Positions 1 through 11,059 of a stretch of DNA of 64,000 nucleotides are shown piece by piece. Source of the stretch: Camelus ferus (lineage: Eukaryota); contig NC_045696.1 of assembly GCF_009834535.1 (NCBI RefSeq), forward strand, positions 22,446,001 through 22,510,000, read 5' to 3'. A program made the translations under genes and the position numbers. Position 1 is the stretch's first letter. The number at the start of each line of letters is the position of its first letter. The notes beneath the pieces were generated by a model. It was not told the DNA's origin. It ran no database searches and saw only the letters and a list, made by a program, of their open reading frames with translations.

Positions 1-354
1 TAATGCAGTGCTTCTGTTTTAACTTTTTAGGTTAAGGAAATAGATCTAATTTAAACAAAAAGAGAATTTTGTTTGTGGAAACTGAAGGGGCACACAAAAT
101 CTCAGGCTGGGAAAACAAGGTCTCAGGATGTGAGTCTAACCAAAGAAGTAGGGGCAGAGGGGTATCTGCTTTGGGCTCTTTTCTGGTTTTTTTTTTTTTT
201 TAGACTACATTTACTTAATTCTTCCCTTTCTCTCTGCACACTTTTCTACTCTGACGGAAAAAAATTTGGCTTCAAACAACTTTTGAGTTTTACATAAAAT
301 ACACTCAGCTAGCCAGAAAGTCTCTTATTATCAGGTCAAAAATCCCTGGGGCAG

Positions 355-1066
355 GAGCCGCCAATGGCCAAAATGAGCAAAATTCGAGCAATCAATAAAG
401 TAATATTGAATTCAAACTCAAAGTATAAAATAAGTATCAATGAATGCAGGCTACTATAAAGAAATGATTAAATAAATAAATAAATAAACAAGGAAAAAGA
501 CAAATCTCCTATGCAGAAAAATTCCAAATGATTTACCTAGATACTGTGTCCTTAAGTAGGTGGAACATAACTTTCTGCGCTTTAGGTATGGGTTTCACAT
601 AGTGACTTCCTCCCAAACTCTACAATATGGAAGGAGAGGAAGAGTGACTTTACAGCAGAGAGAACTGACAAATGCTATCTCGGCCAGGTGATGAAGATTA
701 ACAACAGTGATGAGTCCTGCTGGTGGTAAGCACCCTTGATATGTTGTAATGAGAATGACAATTTATCTCTGAAGTCTTTCTCCTCAAAACCAAGACCTCC
801 AGTCTAATCGTTAGAAAAATATCAGATGAATTTCCATTGACGGACATTTTACAAAATATCTGACCAGTTCTCTTTAAAACTATCAAGGTCATAAAATAGA
901 AGCAACGTTCTAACAGAATATATCAACATCGGTTCATTAATTGCAAAATATGTTCTATGCTAATGTAAAACATTAACAATAAGGGGAAGAGGGTGTGAGG
1001 TATACTATCTTCACAACTTTTCTGTAAATCTTAAATGATTTTAAAATAAAAAGTTTGTTTTAAAAA
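355..1066 (+). mobile_element. Old L1 3' UTR (L1MC4-like)
   Basis: Resembles L1MC 3' UTR motifs (gggtttcacatagtgacttcctcc; ccagtctaatcgttagaaaaatatcaga) and ends in aaataaaaagtttgttttaaaaaa. Confidence 0.8.
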
Positions 1067-1489
1067 ATCCTTGAGGAAGATGCTGATGAACTAATCTTTG
1101 CTCAGATATCCACCTTGAACCAATGAAGTGGGGACAACAGTGATGAGGCCAGGCTCCAGGACATGATAGCTTCCTGTAGCCATAGTCATGTTGGGGTGCA
1201 CGCGCACGCATGTGTGTATGTGTATACGGGAGCAGGAATGTTCATGAAGAAATCCAAGATAACAGTGCTGGACGGATCATTTAATAGATGCCCATTAAAT
1301 TTTATTTCCTTCCTTATCCACCTACTATGCTTTGCTATTTTGGATTCTTTCATTCTTTTAACTCCAGCTCTTCCTACTTTCTCACACTGGGTTGGTGTCT
1401 GTTGCCCTCACCATACCAGTGTCTCTGGTATCCTCCATGACACCACTTGGACCAGTGTCCAAGGCACTGACCCTGAGGGTACCAAAATA

Positions 1490-2950
1490 TTGTGAGAAAA
1501 AATTTAATAGAAACTTTGGGAGACTTAATAGAAAATTTAATACAAACATTGGGAGATAAAGATGAGAAATTAAACAGAAAATAGAACAAAGCTAAAAGGA
1601 TGCATAATTTGAAAGGCAAACAAACAAACAAAGAAACCCCCCAAAACCCCAACAAATCAGAAACCTGGAATTCCAGAAAGAAAGGTCAAAGAGAATGGAA
1701 TGGAGAACATTGTTAGAAAAAAAATACAAGGTGATTTCTCAGAGCTGAAACTTGCAGTTAAAGACTGCACTGAGTTCTCTTAACACAATGAATGAAGACA
1801 CATCCCTAGACACATCATTGTGAAAATGCAAATTACTAAGGGTAAAGAGAAGACTCTAAATTCTTTCTTGAGAAAAAAGCATGACCTACAGACAGATGAC
1901 AAGTCTGGGATCACATCTTCCATCAACAATGTTGAATGTTAGAAGACAGTGAAGAAATAGCTTCAAAGTTCTAATGAATAATGTCATAAAAATCATAAAA
2001 TATTTCCTGTGCCCTTGAAAGGGAGGTTATTTGAGGTTGGATTATATCCAAAAGAGGAAGAAAATTGAGACAGAATAAATCTTGGAATCTTTGAAATAGT
2101 GGAGCCAACTTGTCTCTAGAAGGACAGTGAAGGGAAACCTCTGAACTACAGTTATGCAGCAGACCTGGAGTTCCGCCAGTCCACACTGAAGGCTGCAGGA
2201 GGAATGCAGAGTCAACAGAACACCTGTAATTATTTTGTATCAACTGGTGCTGGGATAAAGGCAAGGGGAAAAATCACTACAATTAGAAAACTGGACAGAA
2301 GCTGTTAAAAACATATCACAATAATCAATCTACACTGTTTGGGTCAGCAGGAAACCACATCTACATTCTTAATACTTTTATTGATTTTTATCAGTCACAT
2401 CAACTTACAGATAAAGCTTTGAAAAATTAATCATATATATACATACATACACTATTAAGCTTGACATTGCAAAGTTACTACACTGATGATAGAAGCTACA
2501 AGAGAGATGAACAGAGTGGTGCAGAAATGAAAGCTGTGGTCATTAATATCTTAAAAAGTGGGAAGAAAAATTATGGATGCAGCGCATTTGGGTTTGCATT
2601 GGTGTTGGTCAAAATGTGCATTTGGTTTACTGCCATACAATATACCGTCACCAGCTGTAGAATAAAGAGTAAAGAAGTTAGCATTTTACTAAAGATAAGT
2701 AACTATATGAGGAACTCAAAATAGAAATATAACAACTGGTTGGAAGGGAGTTGGTGGTGAGCCAGCTCATTCCTCACTTATAATAAATTAGATTGTATCT
2801 AAAATTTATAAATGAGAAAAGAGGACAAGAAGGATATTATTAAAATATATGGAAGTAAAAATCAAGCAAAAAGGATATAGGGGTGGAATAGTTGCTTCTT
2901 GGAAATGGGCTTGTAGATGGAAAAAGATGGAACAGTGCATGTATTAATTT
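1490..2950 (+). mobile_element. HAL1 or ancient L1 ORF1-like remnant
   Basis: Degenerate ORF1-like sequence (gaattccagaaag...cctagacacatcattgtgaaa...agaagacagtgaagaaatagcttcaaagttct) followed by HAL1-like 3' sequence. No open frame. Confidence 0.6.
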
Positions 2951-3214
2951 AATGAAGTGGAAAATATCTTTAGAAGAGATGATGAAATAGCAAAATTATG
3001 CTTGGTGGAGGTGAAAGAGTTACATTACTAGATCTTACTATAATTCATCTCTGAGGGGAAACTGTGTTTATTTAGAAAACTCTTTTGATACATTGCTTTG
3101 AGCTGAAGTTCCTTTTGGCTTCTTCTGGTAATTGTTCATACTATTTACATTCACCTGGGATTTCTCTTTGCTTATTTTAATTTAAAAAATATTATACACA
3201 TAAAATGTGGCTCT

Positions 3215-3680
3215 TATTGTCAGTCTGGATCTTAATATGATCAGCACGTTTAAAATAGGAAATTCAAGGAGTATGTTTACAAAGGGACTATTTACAAAGG
3301 TACAGGAAGGGGAACCATAGGAATGGTGCATTGACCCTGAGCACAGTAGCATCTAAGATGTCACCACACTCTAGGTCTAAAGCAACAAGGAGAGAGAATG
3401 GTTTCTGCAACTCGGAAGGAGAAAGTTGTGCAAGGTGTCACCATCAGTGGGGTCTTGACCTCTAGATGGAGGATATAGCCAGCTTAAGGCGATCTTACGA
3501 GGAGAGATTTAGAGGAATAAATACACTGGTTTCATTCTTCTGCCTCTATAAACTCTGTTGCCACAGCTTTCTATTGGTAGAAGCCAACTAGCAGACAGAA
3601 ATCATGGAATCTTGGCACTGGTCAGCCTCCTGGGGCAGAGAGAGGGGGGGAGAGTAGATCTACAGGAGAAAATGGAGGAT
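3215..3680 (-). mobile_element. ERVL-class solo LTR remnant (LTR33-like)
   Basis: tttacaaagggactatttacaaagg...ggggaaccataggaatggtgca resembles the LTR33 family. Confidence 0.55.
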
Positions 3681-3716
3681 TTTTGGTATAGTCAATGCTA
3701 GGACCCTCAGCATTCA

Positions 3717-3863
3717 TTTTATCTTTCTTTTCATTTTCCTCTTCCTTCCTTCCTTCCTTTTATTCTTTCTTCCTTTTATTCTTTCTTTCTTCCTTCCTTT
3801 TATTCTTCCTTCCTTTTATTCTGCCTTCCTTTTATTCTTTCTTTCTTTCTGCCTTCCTTTTAT

Positions 3864-3897
<34 letters not shown>

Positions 3898-4022
3898 TTC
3901 CTTCCTTCCTTCCTTCCTTCCTTCCTTCCTTTCCTTTCCTTTCCTTTCCTTTCCTTTCCTTTCCTTTCCTTTCTTTCTTTTCTTTTCTTTTCTTTTCTTT
4001 TCTTTCTTTCCTTTCTTTCTTC
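3717..4022. repeat. Compound polypyrimidine microsatellite
   Basis: Six copies of CCTTTTATTCT, then (TTTC)n, (TTCC)n, (TTTCC)n and (TTTTC)n, read directly. Confidence 0.97.
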
Positions 4023-4552
4023 TGGTAAATTTGTATTTCCAACACAAGGGGACACATGACACATAGACATACATTTCACATGATAAAAACATAGCCATTA
4101 TTTGAAATGGTTCAAGATACAGAAAAAAAGTGCATTCATCTGACCACTAATGTTTTCTTTTTTGGTGCTAAGTTTGTTATATTAAAAAAAATCTGAATAA
4201 AGCCTGTCAGTTACAAAATAAAAACCATAAATAAAGCTTATAAGACTGTTAGACTATAATATTGAATAGAGATCAGATAATCTTTATTTTAGATATTCAG
4301 AAATAATTATTTTTTGATAACTTGTTGCTTAAATTGAAGCTTGTGTTAGAAATAGAGTTGACAACATATTAAAAAACTTAAAGAAAAACTTTAAAAGAGA
4401 AAAGACTGTAGTGTATGCAGGTTTCCTCAAACTGTATCCCTTAGAACACTGTAGCATTTCATGAAGAATAAATTCTAGGATCCACAAGAAGCTTGTGTAG
4501 ACACAAGATTTGGTTATCAGGTACCTTTGTCACTTTCTGCCTATTCACTCTT

Positions 4553-4730
4553 TTTTTTTAACTTAATTTTTTGGTGTGTGTGTGTATATATCTATATCTA
4601 TATCTATATCTATATATCTATATCTATATCTATATATATATCTTTTTTATTGACATATAGTCAGTTTACAATGTATGACTGAAGCATTATGCTGTAGACC
4701 AGAAATTGACACAACATTGTAAACTGACTA
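4553..4730 (-). mobile_element. Very short 5'-inverted L1 insertion with a (TG)n/(TATATC)n tail
   Basis: Direct repeat CTATTCACTCTT at 4541-4552 and 4728-4739. L1 terminal sequence on - at 4643-4674 and on + at ~4672-4730. Confidence 0.85.
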
Positions 4731-4794
4731 TTCACTCTTAAAGGCATCATTTCAGCACTCATAGTCTTATATTTTCTAATTTCTAAAATGATAC

Positions 4795-6120
4795 AGGTCA
4801 ACATTTCAAATGCTTACAAGGTCCAGGCAGGATACTTAGATGAATGAAGCATGTGGTGAGAAGCCGCCTGGCTTGGTGAGAACTGGTGAAGTGGAGGACG
4901 CAAGTCCTGTCCAGGATGTCAGTGGCTTCCAGGCTCCAGCCAGTCATTACTACGTGAGGATACCAGCCTAATGCAGCCAGATCATTTTTTTTTAAATTGA
5001 AGTATAGTCAGTTTACAATGTGTCAGTTATTTCTGGGGTATAGCATAATGTTTCAGTCATACATATATACATACATATATTCGTTTTCACATTCTTTTTC
5101 ATTATAGATTACTACAAGATCTTGAATATAGTTCCCTGTGCTATACAGAAGAAACTTGTTTGTTTTATATATAGTAGTTAGTATCTGCAAATCTCAAACT
5201 CCCAATTTATCCCTTTCCACCCACTTTCCCCCAGTAACCATAAGATTGCTTACTGTCTGTGAGTCTGTTTCTGTTTTGTAGGTAAGTTCATTAATGTCTT
5301 TTTTTTTTTTTCTGATTCCACATATGAGTGATATCATATGGTATTTTTCTTTCTCTTTCTGGCTCACTTCACTTAGAATCACAATCTCCAGGTCCATCCA
5401 TGTTGCTACAAATGGCATTATTTTATTTTTTATGGCTGAGTAGTATTCCATTGTATAAATATACCACAGCTTCTTTATCCAGTCATCTGTCAGTGGACAT
5501 TTAGGTTGTTTCCATGTCTTAGCTATTGTATATAGTGCTGCTGTGAACATTGGGGTGCATGTGTCTTTTAGAATTAAAGTTCCCTCTGGATATATAACCA
5601 GGAGTGGGACTGCTGGATCATATGGTAAGTATATTTTTAGCTTTTTGAGGAATCTCCATACTGTTTTCCATAATGGCTTCATCAAACTGCATTCCCATCC
5701 ACAGTGTAGGAGGGTTCCCTTTTCCCCACACCCTCTCCAGCATTTATCGTTTGTGGACTTTTGAGTGATGGCCATTCTGACTGGTGTGAGGTGATACCTC
5801 ATTAGAGTTTTGATTTGTATTTCTCTGATAATTAGTGATATTGAAAAACTTTTCATGTGTCTTTTGGCCATTTTTATGTCTTCCTTGGAGAATTGCTTGT
5901 TTAGGTGTTCTACCCATTTTTGGATTGGGTTGTTTGTTTTTTTTATTATGAAGTTGTATAAGCTATTTATATATTCTGGATAGATGTCTAAATATCGATG
6001 TGCAGTCTCCACATTTTAAAATGTGGTCAAGCAATTCCAAAGGCTTAAAATGATGGTGTGTGCTAAACAACACAGCTCTGTAAACCAGATTTCCTCTAGG
6101 ATGAGTAATGTATAACCCTT
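4795..6120 (-). mobile_element. MER102-like hAT-Charlie element split by an L1 insertion (arms ~4795-4985 and ~5981-6120)
   Basis: Left arm tcaaatgcttacaaggtccaggcagg...gctccagccagtc...gccagatc continues after the L1 as gatgtgcagtctccacattttaaaatgtgg...aaacaacacagctctg, collinear with the MER102 consensus as recalled. Confidence 0.7.
4986..5980 (-). mobile_element. Young 5'-truncated L1 (camelid-type 3' UTR) with an open ORF2 C-terminus
   Basis: ORF 5194..6012 encodes the L1 ORF2p C-terminus ([48 protein letters not shown]). Poly-T tail at ~4985-4992. Confidence 0.97.
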
Positions 6121-7306
6121 GGATTAGCTAATTATTAACTAATCTTCAAATACTGATATTTTGTGATTCTATAGGACTGGATAGGAACTCAGAGTAAGTC
6201 AGAGCCACCTGTTAATAACTCTGGTATAATGTTGCCGCCTGATATATTGTGGAATTTTAGTGCAGAGTAGAAGTTAGTCATCTTCTGTTTTTGAATGATT
6301 ATTAAGGTATAGCAACTATTTTCAGTGATTGAGAAAGATAAGGTCTTTGAAGACTCAAGCCTATAAATGAGAAAGCTTTTAGGAGACCTGTAAGTGGTGC
6401 TTTTATGAAATGTTAATGCACACGTGTGGTGGATGGTTGGAGATCAACAGGATAAACCCCAGTGGGGTCATAGCTCTGGACTAGATTTATGGGAGTCAGC
6501 TCAATCACCAAGTGTATTACTAAAAGGGTGGTAAAAGCCTATGCAAGGATCCAGCTATCTGTCACATGACCTGATCGAGGGAAGAGATAAAAGCTTATAT
6601 GGATCTTGTGGAAGTCTGCCAATGCTTGTCTCCATAATACATGATAAAACTCTGACAGTAAACTACTCCTGGGAGTTTGGTATTAAATTAGACAGGCGGC
6701 AGCTCTCTCTTCTGCTGTTTTCAGATATCCAGGCATGGCTTTCTAATATGCTGCTAATTTAGAAGCCAGAAGATGAAAAGTTCTATTTTAACATCTCTCT
6801 GACACCTCATCTTTTCTATCTCTGTCATAGCATAGTTCAGAAGTATGGAAATATTAATGTGGAGTATGACCCATTTGCTATGCTACAGCTTTCTTGGGAT
6901 AACATCACACGTGTGTAGATTAAAGATTGTCTTAGGAGAGATCATCTCACTCTTTCTAGAAAATATGTAACTAAGTACTTGTACTTTAGTCAGAGATAAT
7001 TTTTGTCCTAAAGAATCAGAAATTCAGTCAGTCTCTCTAATTAGGAGGAGGATACTTTTATTTTTCAAATAGCAATCACCAGAATTATTTTTGCATAGAA
7101 GTATCTTTATTTAGAAACATAATGATCTTTCTAATAGAGGAGGTGAAACTTGGTAACTCCCAGGGCAATGGGAGGAGGTGAGGGGGACAGAACTAGGATG
7201 AGGAGGAGAGAGGAGGGTAGAAGACTGCATTAGCATAATGAGAATCCTCCTTGGAGCTTCCCCACATCTTCAGTAAAATCCACTAAGTCCACAGAGTTTT
7301 ACAATT

Positions 7307-7610
7307 TTAATTTTAAAAATTGTGGTCAAAGATACCTAACACATAATCGGTCAGTTTAACCATGGCAAAGTGTATGGTGGCATTAAATCCATTCACAGTG
7401 TTGTGCAACCATCACCATCATTCATCTCCAGAATGTAGTCATCGTCCCAAACTGAAAACCTGTACTCATTCAGCACTAAATCCTCCCCCAACCCCCCAAC
7501 CCTTGGCAACCATCATTCTACTTTCTGTTCAGATGATTTGATTATCTAGGTACCTCACTTAAGTGGAGTTCAGCAATAGTTGTTCTTTTGTGAGGCATTC
7601 ACACTGAGAT
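7307..7610 (-). mobile_element. L1MB-like 3' end
   Basis: cattcacagtgttgtgcaaccatcacc...cttggcaaccatcattctactttctg...ctaggtacctcacttaagtgga is a typical L1MB 3' UTR. Confidence 0.85.
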
Positions 7611-7722
7611 TGCTTTGTGTTGTGGGAATCAGTAAAAGGCTGCATTTAACACGGGGTGGTTGGGTCAGATGATTCTGAAGAAAACGCAGGAGCCTGGAGG
7701 CAGAGGTGACTCCAGGAATATG

Positions 7723-7930
7723 ACAGGTTAAAACTAGACCCAAAGAGCCAAATCTGGTACACAAGTGTGGTTAGTCTGTAGAGTGCTTTAAACCATTTTA
7801 ATTGTATGACATCATTGAAAATTGGGAAGATTTTAATAAAGATCCAGATTGCCCATCTTGTAAAATCTGGCAGTGGTGGGCGTGCATTTCCCCAGTGCCC
7901 ATCAGATGGGCAGTAGATGCACACCTCAGC
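7723..7930 (+). mobile_element. Second MER102-like fragment, opposite orientation to the 4.8 kb copy
   Basis: aaaattgggaagattttaataaagatccagatt...atctggcagtggtgggc matches the MER102 body as recalled. Confidence 0.6.
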
Positions 7931-8064
7931 GCTTCCCTTATATTCACATTGCTTTGTTCATCTGTAATTTATTTTCAGGATGAATAATATTCATAGTAAC
8001 CTGAATATTCATAGTCATTTTGGAAGTAGGTGTTTTGATCTCCACATATCTAGAGATGAATCTA

Positions 8065-8530
8065 AGTTTCTTCAGATCTTGAGTGGCAGGAATATGACAT
8101 CTGAGCTTCAAACCAAAAAGAGGCATTTGTTGAGAGGATACACAGTTGTCCTGTGGACACCAAGGAAGGATGGATCTGTGGGTTTTGTGGAAACCTAGGA
8201 GAGCAGTTAGTCAGTCAAATGGACCCTGGTCTAGCTCCCAGTCTCCAGCAGAAGTGTGCACTCTGCTTTTTGCATCTTCTCTATGTCTGCTTTATTCTGC
8301 TTTATTCATATGCACATTGCTGCGTGTCTGTTAGGTTTCTGCAGAACAAAATTATTTTCCTAATATGGCTCTTGTAGGCACTTACAGTTCCTGCCTGCTC
8401 AAGTGTACCAACCAACGGATTATAGATTCAGAATCCTAATTCCACGTCCCCAGGAAAGGGAATCTGGTGGCCTGGTTTATGTCCACTCAGCCACACCTCT
8501 GATTTAGCTGTGGCTGGAGTGGAACATTCT
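8065..8530 (-). mobile_element. Old MaLR LTR remnant (MLT1J/K-like)
   Basis: ccaggaaagggaatctggtggcctgg...tttagctgtggctgg resembles older MLT1 LTRs. Confidence 0.45.
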
Positions 8531-8599
8531 GGGCAGGTTTTCATCAACTTCAGGTTGACAGGTGTGCAGCTTTGCTTCCTGCCCTGAGACTGCCTGGAT

Positions 8600-8985
8600 G
8601 CTAGTGACGCCCCTGGGAGCTCACTTTGTCCATGTCCATTGGCTTGTGACATCCCTGCTAGTTCACACCGCCTCAAACAATGAGTGAGAGCAGCTGCACA
8701 GGTGCTCCTGCTTTCTGTCCTTCTAGCATGTGGTTCTGGGAGGGGTTCTGACACTTTTCCGGAAGTCCAAGCAGAACTGAGCCCCTGGGTAGTGTCCTCA
8801 GTGTCCATCTCAATAACATACCCCGAGATTGGCTCTTCCTCCCTCCTGTCTCACTGTTCTCACCCCCTCACTCCTGCTCACTGGAATCACTACCCCCCCC
8901 CCCCCAAGTGCTAACGCCCTTCTGGTATCTGAGCCAATCTACTCACAAGTCTTATCACAAGCTCTGCTTTGGGGAAGCCATGATG
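8600..8985 (+). mobile_element. LTR16-family ERVL LTR
   Basis: gattggctcttcctccctcctgtctcact...ctcactcctgct...aagtcttatcacaagctctgctttggggaa. Confidence 0.65.
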
Positions 8986-9019
8986 CGGCAGTCTGGCTTG
9001 TGTCAGGTATTTACCCACT

Positions 9020-9452
9020 TGTTATGGGTTGAATTTTGTGCTCCAAAAAGATGTGTTGAAGTCCTAACCTCAAGGACCTCAGAAGATGACCTTATTTGGA
9101 AATAAGGAAAATGAGGTCATACTCTAGTGGGGTGGGTCCTTAATCCAGTGTGATTCTGGTCCTTATGAAAAAAGACACAGACACATGAGAGAAGAACACC
9201 AGGTGATGATAGAGACAGCGATTGAAGTGACTTAGCTGCAAGATAGGGGGCATCAAGAATTGCCAGCAGCCACCAGAAGCCAGGAAGAGGCAAGGGAGAA
9301 TCCTCCCTCCCAGGTTTCAGAGGAACATGGCCATCCCTATGCCTTCAGATTTCAGATTTCAAGCCTCTAAAATTGTTAGACAATACATTTCAATTGTTGT
9401 AAGCCACCTAGTTTGTAGTTCTTTGTTACAGAAGCCCTGGGGAACTAATACA
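9020..9452 (+). mobile_element. MaLR solo LTR (MLT1C-like)
   Basis: Termini TGTTATGGGTTGAATT...GGAACTAATACA. 5-bp TSD ccact (9015-9019) / ccatt (9453-9457). Confidence 0.92.
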
Positions 9453-10279
9453 CCATTGTTGTAACTTCTCTTGCTAGATTGTGAGCACATGTATGTGGCC
9501 TCCTGACCACTTATGATGGACCAGACTATTCAAGAAGTGGCTTTGGTCAGGTTCTCTGAAAAGGTGGATATGGCTAGAATGGAAACCATGGGCATCTGCA
9601 ACATAAGTGGAAATGTTTGTAAAAAGCTACAATGATGATAACTGAAAAAATAGAATGGAGAATTGATTTAAAATGTATTAAAAAAACCCCAATAGAATAA
9701 AATTCTCTATTAACACTGTCCTAGTGATAATGCTGTGTTTTCCCCACTCTTTCTTTTCCTCCTGGACACACAACTAGACCATGTTTCCAGGCTCATCTCT
9801 TCTAGTTAGACAAGGTTATATGGCAAAATTGTGGCCAGATTTAACTCAGTAAGTTGATAAACATATTTCTGCTGTAAGGAATATAGGTCAATATTGGTTA
9901 ATAAGAAGAAATATAAAAATAGCAATAAAATCTGTAAATTAATAATAGAGATTTTTCAGTCAGTGCAATATCTCAGATCTCCTCAGGCATTTAACTCTCT
10001 CCTGATATCTAGACCAACCCATCCTTTTGAACCTTAGGATCAGATAAAGGCTCACAGACAAACGCATGTCTGTGGAGCTCATTGATGTGATAAGGTCTGT
10101 AGATGAAGGCTTCCATGTGCAGGAAGAAGCTTAAAGTGAATGTTACTGTGTCTTTCTAGAATCAAACTATTGTTTGTTGTTTCCCTGAGATCCTTTGGAT
10201 AAGATACTGTTGTGTCCATTTAAAATTTCCTCACCATAAACATTATCAGCTGTAGACATAGCAGCAGAAGCAGTAAATA

Positions 10280-11050
10280 CCTGCTTAATAATTGGGTAGG
10301 ACACTGTGCTAGGTACATGAATTCTGTAGAAACACATTGCACTTGAAGAGTTTATAATCTCATAATCTCTGCCTGCAGTGTGGAGAAACATTAGAGAAAT
10401 CCAACAGTGAATTTGAGGAGAACAAGTAGGAATTTATTGCAATAGTAAATGAGAGAGTTTGACTAGATTGTTGGTGGTAGAGATGGAGAGAATTTGTGGG
10501 TTTGAGAAATATTTAGGAGATAAAATCCATGAGAATCAATGACGAATTTCTTTTTACACTTTCAAAGTGATAAGAATTTATAAGCAGAAACTTAGTACTT
10601 ATTTCTATTCATCATTTAGTTTTTCTTTGTTGCTGACTTTATATTTTCTACACAGGATAAGTGCTCTGCAGTAAGAATTTCTTCATCTTCCAGAGTTGAG
10701 TCAAGATAGTCTTCTTCATTATCTTGGTGTTGGAGATGGCTCTTAGGGTTGGGATTCTCTCACATGGATAGACGGTGGTGCCTCTGGCTGTAATGTGGAG
10801 CACTGGAGTGGGGATGCATTTGGATTTGAACTTGTCGAATCTGAGGTATATTTCGGTAGGTGCTTATACAGGTGGCTGCAGCCCAGAGCAGTGGTCTGAA
10901 CTGGAGACAGAAATATAGAGCCTTTGATTATGGGTAGTAGTTGAAACCACAATGTGGATGAATTTTATTATGGCAAGAGTGCAGAGTGAGAAGACAAGGC
11001 ACCCTAGAGAGGATAGTGGGGAGTCTACAGAGCTTAGTGATTGAGAAGGA
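10280..11050 (-). mobile_element. L2 fragments
   Basis: L2-like motifs: gacactgtgctaggtac; ggtagagatgggagagaatttgtgggtttgagaaatatttaggag; gtggtctgaactggagacagaaat. Confidence 0.65.
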
Positions 11051-11059
11051 AAGAATAAT

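Noticed and set aside
3695..4098. Four overlapping ORFs (F/L/S-rich and K/E/R-rich, 65-123 aa)
   Set aside because: They are translations of the pyrimidine microsatellite, which simply lacks stop codons.
5194..6012. 272-aa ORF as a host gene
   Set aside because: It is the L1 ORF2p C-terminus of a 5'-truncated insertion with a poly(A) tail. There is no endonuclease or RT domain and no promoter.
4795..7930. Two oppositely oriented MER102 copies as the ends of a composite transposon
   Set aside because: Both are old and diverged, there is no shared TSD or transposase, and the family is abundant enough for chance proximity.
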